Origin: Candidatus Roizmanbacteria bacterium UBA6242
Lineage (GTDB): Bacteria; Patescibacteriota; Microgenomatia; UBA1406; GWC2-37-13
Length of the DNA: 64,000 nt
Reading direction: 5' to 3'
Assembly (NCBI GenBank): GCA_002440905.1
Contig: DJWA01000002.1
Span: 192,065 to 256,064 of the forward strand
Position numbers and translations under genes: made by a program. The notes beneath the pieces are model-generated. The model was not told the DNA's origin. It saw only the letters and a list, made by a program, of their open reading frames with translations, and ran no database searches. Positions 18,805 through 26,815 of the stretch are shown one piece after another. Within the stretch, counting starts at the first letter, position 1, and each line of letters begins with the position of its first letter.

Positions 18805-19443
18805 ATGGGACAGAAAGTTCATCCAAAAGGATTAAGACTCGGAGTTATTTACAACTGGAATTCCAGGTGGTTCTTTTCTGACAAGAAGGCTTATAAGGAC
18901 GCACTTACTTCCGATATCGCAATGAGGGAAGTGTTGATGAGAAAGTTGGCCTTTGCCTCGGTTACCCAAGTTGATATTGAGCGCGCCATTAACAAAGTGA
19001 CCCTTATCATTTATTCGGTTAAGCCGGGAATGATCATTGGGCGAGGTGGTAAAGGACTTGAGGATGTCAAAAAATACATTGCTCCCTTTATGAAGAAAGG
19101 GGACAAGAATAAAGAATTTAAACTGGATATAAAAATCGAGCCCGTTAAAAAGCCTTATGTGAATGCATATTATGTCGCCCAGACGATAGCTGAAAAGATC
19201 GTTAAAGGTTTTCCACATAGGTCGACCATTCATAACGCCATGAATCGCGTTATTGAAGCCGGTGGACGCGGAGTTAAAATTCAGCTTGGAGGACGTATTA
19301 ATGGAGCTGAAATTTCACGTCGCGAAAAGTATTTTCAAGGCACGATTCCAACATCAACAATAAGAGAAGAAGTTGATTTTGGAAAGTATCCGGCTCTTAC
19401 AAGATCAGGATACGTAGGAGTAAAAGTTTGGCTTTGTAGATAA
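18805..19443 (+). CDS. rpsC: 30S ribosomal protein S3
   Basis: 'MGQKVHPKGLRLG' and the KH-domain 'GMIIGRGGKGLE'. Confidence 0.97.
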   Translation: MGQKVHPKGLRLGVIYNWNSRWFFSDKKAYKDALTSDIAMREVLMRKLAFASVTQVDIERAINKVTLIIYSVKPGMIIGRGGKGLEDVKKYIAPFMKKGDKNKEFKLDIKIEPVKKPYVNAYYVAQTIAEKIVKGFPHRSTIHNAMNRVIEAGGRGVKIQLGGRINGAEISRREKYFQGTIPTSTIREEVDFGKYPALTRSGYVGVKVWLCR

Positions 19444-19445
19444 TT

Positions 19446-19856
19446 ATGTTGGCACCAAAAAGACAGAAATTTAGAAAAACATTTAGGGGAACCTGGAGGA
19501 GATTGGCCGTTAAGGGCGATCGTTTGAACTTCGGATCATATGGTTTGAAAACCATTACCCACGGATGGATCAAGGATCGGGAAATAGAAGCGGTCAGGGT
19601 CATCTTTGCTCGTGCTACGCGTAAGACGGGAAAGTTTTGGACGAGGATATTTCCAGACAAACCTTATACGAAAAAGCCGCCGGAAGTTACCATGGGTGCT
19701 GGAAAAGGTGACGTTGCCCATTTCGTAGCATCGGTTGCCCCTGGTAGGGTTCTTTTCGAAATAGACGGCTTGAACGCTAGTGATAGTCGTGCCGTTATGA
19801 AAACCGTTGCTTCGAAACTGTCTGTTAAAACAAAATTCGTATCAAAAGCGGTATGA
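19446..19856 (+). CDS. rplP: 50S ribosomal protein L16
   Basis: 'MLAPKRQKFRK..' and 'RMGAGKG'-type 'TMGAGKGDV'. Confidence 0.97.
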   Translation: MLAPKRQKFRKTFRGTWRRLAVKGDRLNFGSYGLKTITHGWIKDREIEAVRVIFARATRKTGKFWTRIFPDKPYTKKPPEVTMGAGKGDVAHFVASVAPGRVLFEIDGLNASDSRAVMKTVASKLSVKTKFVSKAV

Positions 19857-20044
19857 AAAAAATAACTAAAGAATACAAAGATAAATCACCCAAGGAATTG
19901 GAAAATGAAATTGCCAAATTAAGGGGTGAGATTGCCAAAACAACGCTTTCTATGAAAGCTAGTCCGGCAAAAGACACCAACACGGTGATGAAGATGAAAA
20001 AGAAATTAGCAGTTTTGCTGACCTTGCAAACACAGAAAAAGTAA
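19853..20044 (+). CDS. rpmC: 50S ribosomal protein L29
   Basis: 63 aa with 'ELENEIAKLRGEI' and the expected operon position. Confidence 0.9.
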   Translation: MKKITKEYKDKSPKELENEIAKLRGEIAKTTLSMKASPAKDTNTVMKMKKKLAVLLTLQTQKK

Positions 20045-20048
20045 CAAT

Positions 20049-20279
20049 ATGAAAAAGACTTTAACAGGAAAAATCGTATCGGATAAAATGACCAAAACAG
20101 TCGTTGTCGAAGTCGTTCAGAAATTCCGACATCCCAAGTATCACAAGATCATAATTAGACACAAGAAGTATAAGGTTCATAACGAGCAGGAAGGCCTGAA
20201 AGTTGGAGACGAGGTCGTTATAGAAGAAACAAGGCCGATATCAAAAGATAAACATTTTATAGTAGTTAAAAAAGCCTAA
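20049..20279 (+). CDS. rpsQ: 30S ribosomal protein S17
   Basis: 'LTGKIVSDKMTKTVVVEV...HPKYHK' and 'GDEVVIEETRPISK'. Confidence 0.93.
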   Translation: MKKTLTGKIVSDKMTKTVVVEVVQKFRHPKYHKIIIRHKKYKVHNEQEGLKVGDEVVIEETRPISKDKHFIVVKKA

Positions 20280-20284
20280 CAAAT

Positions 20285-20659
20285 ATGTTGCAATTAAGGA
20301 CAATGTTGAATGTCGCTGATAATACCGGAGCCAAAAAGGTTTCAATGATCGGCATGTCAAAAAAAGGCAATCGTCACTTTGCGTACTTGGGAGAAATAAT
20401 CAATGTTACGGTAAAAGAGGCGATTCCCTATGGCGCCGTCAAGAAGAGCGAGATTCATCCGGCAGTCATTGTCAGGACCCGTAAAGAAAAAAGACGAAAA
20501 GATGGAAGCTATATTAGATTTGACGACAATGCCTGTGTCATTTTGGCAGGACCTGATGTCAAGGATCCTAAAGGTACAAGAATTTTCGGCCCGATTGCCA
20601 AAGAGATAAAAGAAAACGGTTTTTCTAAAATTGCCAGTTTGGCTGAAGAAATTTATTAA
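20285..20659 (+). CDS. rplN: 50S ribosomal protein L14
   Basis: 'LNVADNTGAKK' and 'IRFDDNACVI'. Confidence 0.97.
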   Translation: MLQLRTMLNVADNTGAKKVSMIGMSKKGNRHFAYLGEIINVTVKEAIPYGAVKKSEIHPAVIVRTRKEKRRKDGSYIRFDDNACVILAGPDVKDPKGTRIFGPIAKEIKENGFSKIASLAEEIY

Positions 20660-20660
20660 T

Positions 20661-20966
20661 ATGAAAATCAAAAAAGGAGACAAAATTAAAGTCATGGCCG
20701 GAAAAGACAAGGGTCGTGATGGCAAGGTAGAGAAGGTATTTGAAAACGCTGGACGCGTCTTGGTTACGGGTATTAATCAATACAAAAGACACGTCAAAAA
20801 AAACGACCAGATGCCCCAAGGCGGAATTGTGGATGTACCCCGTCCTATTGACGTTTCCAAGATAATGCTGGTTTGTCCAAAGTGCAGCAAGGCCGTCCGA
20901 GTCGGATACAAAATGGAAAAAAACAAGAAGGTTAGAATTTGCATGAAGTGCGAATCAAAAATATGA
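20661..20966 (+). CDS. rplX: 50S ribosomal protein L24 (variant with CxxC...CxxC)
   Basis: Start at MKIKKGDKIKVMAGKDKG, immediately after the L14 stop. The KOW motif is present and the C-terminus reads 'CPKCSKAVRVGYKMEKNKKVRICMKC'. Confidence 0.93.
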   Translation: MKIKKGDKIKVMAGKDKGRDGKVEKVFENAGRVLVTGINQYKRHVKKNDQMPQGGIVDVPRPIDVSKIMLVCPKCSKAVRVGYKMEKNKKVRICMKCESKI

Positions 20967-21499
20967 AATTTAAAGAAGATTACAATACGGAAATAAAGCC
21001 AAAACTCATGACCGAGTTGAAGCTTAAAAACGTCATGGAAGCGCCTCGACCGATTAAGATCGTCTTGAATGTCGGTGCTGGTGAAGCGGTTGATTCGAAA
21101 AACGTGTTGGAGAAAGTGACCGAACAGCTGACGCTTATAGCAGGACAAAAGCCGGTCATCACCAAAGCCAGAGTTTCTATTTCGGCTTTCAAGATAAGAA
21201 AAGGATTGCCGATTGGGGCGAAGGTCACCTTAAGAGGAAAAAATATGTGGGTATTTTTAGAAAAACTAGTCAAAATCGTGGTTCCCAGGCTCAGGGATTT
21301 TAAGGGTCTGAACCCGACAAACGTCGACGGACACGGAAATCTAAATATTGGTTTTTACGAGCAGACTATTTTTCCCGAGATAGATTTCGATAAAATTGAT
21401 AAAATAAGAGGCTTGGAAGTAACGGTTGTGACAACTGCCAAGAATTATGAGCAGGGTCGCAAGTTGTTTGAATTGATAGGAGTTCCTTTTAAAAAATAA
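20963..21499 (+). CDS. rplE: 50S ribosomal protein L5
   Basis: Start at MKFKEDYN through an ATGA overlap with rplX. 'ISAFKIRKGLPIGAKVTLRG' and 'GNLNIGF.EQ.IFPEI' are present. Confidence 0.96.
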   Translation: MKFKEDYNTEIKPKLMTELKLKNVMEAPRPIKIVLNVGAGEAVDSKNVLEKVTEQLTLIAGQKPVITKARVSISAFKIRKGLPIGAKVTLRGKNMWVFLEKLVKIVVPRLRDFKGLNPTNVDGHGNLNIGFYEQTIFPEIDFDKIDKIRGLEVTVVTTAKNYEQGRKLFELIGVPFKK

Positions 21500-21505
21500 A
21501 ATAAT

Positions 21506-21691
21506 ATGGCAAAAACATCAGACGAAGTTAAGTTCAAAAAAGATCAGAAATTTAAGGTTCGAAACCGCAATCGCTGCGCTGTGTGCGGTCGTGCGCGTGG
21601 ATACATGAGAAGGTTTGGAATGTGTAGGATATGTTTTAGAGAAAAAGCGTTAAACGGTGAAATACCCGGAGTTAGAAAAGTTTCTTGGTAA
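21506..21691 (+). CDS. rpsN: 30S ribosomal protein S14, zinc-binding short (type Z) form
   Basis: 61 aa with '[23 protein letters not shown]'. Confidence 0.93.
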   Translation: MAKTSDEVKFKKDQKFKVRNRNRCAVCGRARGYMRRFGMCRICFREKALNGEIPGVRKVSW

Positions 21692-21695
21692 TCAT

Positions 21696-21980
21696 ATGTC
21701 AAGATCAGCAAAAAAAGGCCCATATATAGACGAAAAACTTTTGAAGAAAGTCATGCGTCAGAAAGACGCCAAAATAAACGAACCTATTAAAACCTGGGCG
21801 AGAGGTAGTCAGATAAGTCCGGATTTTGTAGGACAGAAGATTGCCATCCATAACGGAAGAAAATTTATTGAAGTTTTAATCACCGAGAATATGATCGGTC
21901 ACCGGTTGGGGGAGTTTGCTCCAACAAGAACATTTAGAAGTCACGGTAAGGTGACCAAGAAAGTTACCGAAGCAACCTAA
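21696..21980 (+). CDS. rpsS: 30S ribosomal protein S19 (in a non-canonical position)
   Basis: '[12 protein letters not shown]', 'IAIHNGRKF' and '[15 protein letters not shown]' are unmistakably uS19. ATG 21696 lies inside the tracked ORF 21657..21980. Confidence 0.95.
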   Translation: MSRSAKKGPYIDEKLLKKVMRQKDAKINEPIKTWARGSQISPDFVGQKIAIHNGRKFIEVLITENMIGHRLGEFAPTRTFRSHGKVTKKVTEAT

Positions 21981-21984
21981 TAAT

Positions 21985-22371
21985 ATGCACAATTCTGTAG
22001 TCGATTTAATAATCAGGATCAAAAATGGATATATGGCGAAGAAAGAAACCATAAACGCCCCGTATTCCAAGTTTTCAGAAGAGGTTCTTAAGAAATTAAA
22101 AACCTTAGGGTATGTTGGGGAATATCAGATAGATGATGAAGCTATAAAGACAATGTCCATCACCCTTGTTTACGGTAAAGACGGGACGTCTTTTACAGAC
22201 GTAGCGGTCTTCTCAAAACCGGGACGCCGATATTACGTTTCGTACCGAGATTTGAAGCCGGTTGTGTCAGGATTTGGTTACGCGATTCTTTCGACTCCTG
22301 TTGGCATATTGACCGATAGGGAAGCAAAGGTTAAGAAAATAGGTGGAGAGTTGTTATTTAATATTTGGTAA
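21985..22371 (+). CDS. rpsH: 30S ribosomal protein S8
   Basis: 'DLIIRIKNG', 'GYAILSTPVGILTDREA' and 'GGELL'. Confidence 0.95.
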   Translation: MHNSVVDLIIRIKNGYMAKKETINAPYSKFSEEVLKKLKTLGYVGEYQIDDEAIKTMSITLVYGKDGTSFTDVAVFSKPGRRYYVSYRDLKPVVSGFGYAILSTPVGILTDREAKVKKIGGELLFNIW

Positions 22372-22374
22372 TTT

Positions 22375-22929
22375 ATGTCAAAAATTGGACAAAAATCAAT
22401 TACGGTTCCGTCTTCGGTAACGCTTGAAGTCACCGGTCAGATGGTTAAAGTCAAGGGTCCTACTGATGAAATGAATTTTGAGTTGCCCGATACTTTGGCC
22501 TTGGAAAAGACCCAGGACGGCGTTATCCTTAAGCGAAAAAAAGAAGATAAGAAGACCAAATCTGTCCATGGTTTATATCGTCAACTTATTTTTAATGCTG
22601 TTGTCGGCGTTGAGAAGTCTTGGGAGAAGAGGATGGAAGTCGTTGGAACAGGTTATAACGTAAAGATGCAAGGTGAAGACTTGGTTTTTAAAATAGGCTA
22701 TTCACATCCTGTCGTTTTCAAAAAACAACCAGGAGTGAAATACAAAGTGGAGGGAAACAACAAGGTTATAATTTCAGGTTCCGACCGACAGCTCGTGGGA
22801 CAAGTCGCTTATCAGATCAAGCTAATTAAAAAACCCGACGCTTACAAAGGTAAGGGTGTCAAATATGAAGGTGAAAAATTAAGAATTAAACCGGGTAAAA
22901 AAGCCAAGGCCGCCGGAGCCGCTGCCTAA
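22375..22929 (+). CDS. rplF: 50S ribosomal protein L6
   Basis: 'SKIGQKSITVPS.V', 'GTGYNV', 'GYSHPV' and 'PDAYKGKGVKYEGE'. Confidence 0.95.
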   Translation: MSKIGQKSITVPSSVTLEVTGQMVKVKGPTDEMNFELPDTLALEKTQDGVILKRKKEDKKTKSVHGLYRQLIFNAVVGVEKSWEKRMEVVGTGYNVKMQGEDLVFKIGYSHPVVFKKQPGVKYKVEGNNKVIISGSDRQLVGQVAYQIKLIKKPDAYKGKGVKYEGEKLRIKPGKKAKAAGAAA

Positions 22930-22934
22930 CGCAT

Positions 22935-23276
22935 ATGAAAAAAGTAAACACCAATAGGACATTAAGAAGAAAAAAAAGAGTCAGTTCTAATATAATGGGA
23001 CTAGGCGATGTGCCAAGAGTCGTAGTATTCAGATCCAACCGCTACATATATGCACAGGCAATAGATGATGTTAAGAGAGTTACCTTAGCTTCATCATCCA
23101 GCAAGGGCGCTCAAGGCAAGAAAGGTGAGCAAGCTAAAGCCGCTGGTTTGAAATTGGCGGAAAAATTAAAAGAAAAGAAAATTGTTAGGGCGGTATTTGA
23201 CAGAAGTTCATATACTTATCTTGGTAGAGTCAAATCCCTTTGTGAGGGTTTGAGAGAAGGAGGAATCAAAATATGA
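22935..23276 (+). CDS. rplR: 50S ribosomal protein L18
   Basis: 'PRVVVFRSNRYIYAQAIDD', 'VFDRSSYTYLGRVK' and 'REGGIKI'. Confidence 0.93.
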   Translation: MKKVNTNRTLRRKKRVSSNIMGLGDVPRVVVFRSNRYIYAQAIDDVKRVTLASSSSKGAQGKKGEQAKAAGLKLAEKLKEKKIVRAVFDRSSYTYLGRVKSLCEGLREGGIKI

Positions 23277-23740
23277 GAGATCAACGCAGACAGAACGTAG
23301 ATGGAATCGAAGAGAAGGTGCTCTTAATCAAGAGAGTATCAAAAAAGATTACCGGTGGCAACTACGTGACTTTCTCGGCTCTTGTTGCCGTCGGAGACAG
23401 AAAAGGTCGCATCGGGATTGGAATCGGCCGAGGACAAGAAGTCCCGCCCGCTATCCAAAAAGCCATAAGCTATGCAAAGAAGCATATGATTACGGTTCCC
23501 CGTCGCGGTAAAACCATTACCCATGAAATCAGATTGAAGTATAAAGCCGCTTACGTTCTTTTGAAGCCAGCCCCAGAGGGAACCGGTCTCAAGGTCGGTT
23601 CGGTCACCCGTGTCCTTTTGGACTTAGCGGGAATAGAAAACGCTTCTGGAAAAATTATAAGAAGTCGAAATCAGGTTGTTAATACCTATGCAATAATAAA
23701 AGCTTTGGGCAAGTTAAAAAATTTCACTAAAAATAAATAA
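23273..23740 (+). CDS. rpsE: 30S ribosomal protein S5
   Basis: 'IKRVSKKITGGN..F.ALV.VGD..GR.G.G.G...EV' and 'AGI.N'. Confidence 0.95.
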   Translation: MRDQRRQNVDGIEEKVLLIKRVSKKITGGNYVTFSALVAVGDRKGRIGIGIGRGQEVPPAIQKAISYAKKHMITVPRRGKTITHEIRLKYKAAYVLLKPAPEGTGLKVGSVTRVLLDLAGIENASGKIIRSRNQVVNTYAIIKALGKLKNFTKNK

Positions 23741-23741
23741 T

Positions 23742-24179
23742 ATGGATTTGTCGAAATTACCCAAAACAACACAGAAAAAGAGCAAAAGAAGGGGTCGTGG
23801 ATTAGGTTCCGGCCGCGGATCAAAGTCTGGTCGTGGTACTACTCGTCATCAGAAGGCTAGGGAAAAAATCCCGCTACATTTTGAGGGTGGTCAGGGAAGA
23901 CTTGTTAAAAGATATCCTCTTTTGAGAGGTAAAGGCAAAAACAAGTCGAGAAATATAAAACCCGCTATAATTAAACTATCGTCTCTGAATGTTTTTTCGG
24001 ATGGCGATACAGTTAATTACGAAGAATTAGTTAAAAAAGGCCTTATTGACGGAAAAAACAGGAATGTTAAAATCCTTGCAGATTCAGGATTGAGTAAAAA
24101 GTTAACCGTTAATCTGACTACGTCAAAAGCGGCAAAAGCTGCCATCGAAAAAGCTGGAGGAAAGACTGAAGTTCAATAA
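23742..24179 (+). CDS. rplO: 50S ribosomal protein L15
   Basis: 'KRRGRGLGSGRGSKSGRG' and 'FEGGQ'. It follows S5 directly, with no L30 gene. Confidence 0.93.
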   Translation: MDLSKLPKTTQKKSKRRGRGLGSGRGSKSGRGTTRHQKAREKIPLHFEGGQGRLVKRYPLLRGKGKNKSRNIKPAIIKLSSLNVFSDGDTVNYEELVKKGLIDGKNRNVKILADSGLSKKLTVNLTTSKAAKAAIEKAGGKTEVQ

Positions 24180-24187
24180 ATCGCAAA

Positions 24188-25477
24188 ATGCTAAAAAAAA
24201 TCAGGGATAAAATAAGACTTCTTTTTAACGATCCCGCCATAAAAAGAAAGATAATTTTCACCCTGATGATCTTTCTTTTCTTCCGTTTTTTTGCGTTTCT
24301 TCCCGTACCCGCAATCGATATCGCTAAACTAAAGGCGCTTTTCGCTCAGAGCCAGTTTTTATCACTATTGGACATATTCTCGGGAGGAACTCTTATAAAC
24401 TTTTCGGTTATGGCTCTTGGACTCAATCCATATATCAACGCTTCAATCATAATTCAACTATTATCGGCCATGATCCCAACGCTTGAAAAGCTTTCGAAAG
24501 AAGGGGAATACGGACGAGCCAAGATAAATCAGTATACGAGATATTTGACCCTTCCTTTGACGTTCGTTCAGGCGATCGGCATATTCATACTCCTCAAGAA
24601 CCAAGGAATAGTCGGTGTAATGTCGCCACTTGAATTTTTCTCTTTTATACTAACCATGGTAGCTGGAACTTTCATTCTCATCTGGTTTGGAGAGCTCATT
24701 TCAGAATTCGGACTTGGAAACGGAATATCCTTGATTATCTTCGCGGGGATCGTTGGCAGATTACCGATTGTCCTTTCCCAGACGGCAACCGTCGCGACAC
24801 CGGAAACGATCTTTAGTGTTGTAGTCTTTGTGGCATTGTCGATTGCTGTTATTGCCTCGATCGTATTCATTAACGAGGCTGTCAGAAAGATTCCTGTTTA
24901 TTATGCCAAAAGAATAAAAGGGAATAGATTGTATTCCGGGGCGACAAATTTCTTACCCTTAAAGTTAAATCAGGCAGGAGTCATTCCGATAATCTTCGCT
25001 GTTTCTTTCGTTTTGATGCCACAACTTGTTGGTAATTTTATAGTTTATTCCCCAAATTCAGCATTGTCATCAATCGGAAGGTTTTTGGTGAGTTTTTTCT
25101 CACCAGAAGGTTTTTTCTATAACTTCTTCTATTTCGTATTGGTCATCGCCTTTACTTTTTTCTATACAGTAGTCGTCTTTAATCCTCAAAAAATATCTGA
25201 AGAAATCCAAAAACATGGCGGATTTATACCGGGAATTAGGCCGGGACTTGCCACCAAGCAGTTTCTAGAAAAAATCGTTTACAGGATTACAACCGTTGGA
25301 GCTGTATTTTTGGGGTTGGTTGCGGTTATGCCGGTATTGGTTTCCAAAGTAACGGGACTCACTAATCTTGTTATTGGGGGGACCGGAATCTTGATCGTAG
25401 TTTCGGTCGTTCTTGAGACCTTCAAAAAAATCGAAGCCCAGCTGGTGATGAAGAGTTACGACAGGTTTGTAAAATAA
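24188..25477 (+). CDS. secY: Preprotein translocase subunit SecY
   Basis: 429 aa with 10 TM helices, 'LGLNPYINASIIIQLL' and 'GGFIPGIRPG'. Confidence 0.97.
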   Translation: MLKKIRDKIRLLFNDPAIKRKIIFTLMIFLFFRFFAFLPVPAIDIAKLKALFAQSQFLSLLDIFSGGTLINFSVMALGLNPYINASIIIQLLSAMIPTLEKLSKEGEYGRAKINQYTRYLTLPLTFVQAIGIFILLKNQGIVGVMSPLEFFSFILTMVAGTFILIWFGELISEFGLGNGISLIIFAGIVGRLPIVLSQTATVATPETIFSVVVFVALSIAVIASIVFINEAVRKIPVYYAKRIKGNRLYSGATNFLPLKLNQAGVIPIIFAVSFVLMPQLVGNFIVYSPNSALSSIGRFLVSFFSPEGFFYNFFYFVLVIAFTFFYTVVVFNPQKISEEIQKHGGFIPGIRPGLATKQFLEKIVYRITTVGAVFLGLVAVMPVLVSKVTGLTNLVIGGTGILIVVSVVLETFKKIEAQLVMKSYDRFVK

Positions 25478-25504
25478 TAATTAATAATTAATCTTTAAAC
25501 AAAT

Positions 25505-25678
25505 ATGGCAAAAAAAGGATCTAGGATTCAGGTCGGACTTGTCTGTGAAGTCTGTAAGAGTATAAATTACGTTGTTCCAAAGAACAAGATCAACACAACG
25601 ACCGCCTTGAAGCTTAATAAGTTTTGCTCGAAATGCAAAAAGCACACTTCCCACAAGGAAACGAAGAAATTGGACTGA
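25505..25678 (+). CDS. rpmG: 50S ribosomal protein L33 (57 aa, zinc-ribbon form; below the ORF-track size cutoff)
   Basis: Hand translation gives MAKKGSRIQVGLVCEVCKSINYVVPKNKINTTTALKLNKFCSKCKKHTSHKETKKLD*. The CxxC..CxxC arrangement and 'H.ETK' ending are typical of L33. Confidence 0.85.
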   Translation: MAKKGSRIQVGLVCEVCKSINYVVPKNKINTTTALKLNKFCSKCKKHTSHKETKKLD

Positions 25679-25687
25679 TTCAATATT

Positions 25688-26815
25688 ATGAAAATTGTTT
25701 TAATCGGAATTCAAGGGTCAGGTAAGTCTACTCAGGGAAATTTATTGTCACACCAACTGGGTATACCTTATCTTTCGACCGGCCATATTTTCAGGACGTT
25801 GGCTAAGGAAAAAACCAAGCTAGGTCATTACATAAAGGTTGTCATTAACACTGGGCTTTTGGTTCCCGACGAAAAAACAATTGAGATCGTTAACACCTAT
25901 TTATCAAGACCAGAATACCGCAAAGGATACATTCTTGACGGATTCCCAAGAACGATCGCTCAAGCCAAGAAGTTTATCAATAACGTCGATAAGGTTGTTT
26001 ATTTAGATATTCCAGACAAAGAGGCCATATACAGACTTGTTTATCGTCATAGCGAAGTCAGGGAAGATGAAACTATTCCAGCTATAAAAAAGCGAATAGA
26101 ATCCTTTAAGAAATTTACCTTACCGGTTCTGGCATATTACCAAAAAGAAAAAAAGCTTGCAGAAATTGACGGGACTCAATCTATTGAAGTTGTTAATCAG
26201 GAGGTCTTGAAGAGTTTAGGAAAACAACTTGTCAAAAACAGGATCGAAAATTGGAAGCAGGACACAAAGAAGATGATCTGTATCGTTGGGCTTCCCGGAG
26301 TCGGGAAGACCGATGCTACTAACTTTTTCAAAGAGCGCGGGTTACCAACGATTTCTTTCGGACAAGCGATAAACGACTATATCGATGATAATCACATGCC
26401 TCATGTAGAAAAGACCCACAAGAAAGTCCGACTCGAATTGAGGCAAAAGTATGGAATGGCAGCGATGGCCAAATTGAACGAGAAAAAAATAAAAAAAGCA
26501 TTTAAGGAGAGTATGACTCTTGTAATCGATGGTTTGAGAAGTTGGCAAGAATATGTTTATCTGAAAAAGGCTTTTCCCAAGGTTAAGATTTACCTGGTAG
26601 GCATTTATGCCGATAAGAAACTGAGGTGGTCAAGGTCAGTCAAGAGAACAAAAAGAAACAAGCTCTATGGTGAAGATCGTGACTTGGACGAATTAATCGG
26701 AATCAATATGGCCCCAACAATCGCCTACGCAGACTTTCTCGTCAAAAACAATTTCTCGATAGAGGATTTCCACGATAAATTAGAGGAAGTTTACAGGATG
26801 ATCTATTATTCATGA
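25688..26815 (+). CDS. adk: Adenylate kinase (short-LID type) fused to a second P-loop nucleotide-kinase domain (dephospho-CoA-kinase/UPF0200-like)
   Basis: N-terminal half: 'GIQGSGKSTQ', 'LSTGHIFR', 'GFPRT'. After about aa 190 there is a second Walker A 'IVGLPGVGKTD', then 'VIDGLRSWQEYVYLKK', 'R..R....LYGEDRDLDE' and 'ADFLVKNN'. Confidence 0.85.
   Translation: MKIVLIGIQGSGKSTQGNLLSHQLGIPYLSTGHIFRTLAKEKTKLGHYIKVVINTGLLVPDEKTIEIVNTYLSRPEYRKGYILDGFPRTIAQAKKFINNVDKVVYLDIPDKEAIYRLVYRHSEVREDETIPAIKKRIESFKKFTLPVLAYYQKEKKLAEIDGTQSIEVVNQEVLKSLGKQLVKNRIENWKQDTKKMICIVGLPGVGKTDATNFFKERGLPTISFGQAINDYIDDNHMPHVEKTHKKVRLELRQKYGMAAMAKLNEKKIKKAFKESMTLVIDGLRSWQEYVYLKKAFPKVKIYLVGIYADKKLRWSRSVKRTKRNKLYGEDRDLDELIGINMAPTIAYADFLVKNNFSIEDFHDKLEEVYRMIYYS

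Noticed and set aside
20631-21695. Upstream extensions of rplX (20631), rplE (20939) and rpsS (21657). The same was seen at 578 and 32594.
   Set aside because: Each extension overlaps the 3' end of the preceding gene. Internal ATGs placed immediately after, or overlapping, the upstream stop give canonical N-termini.
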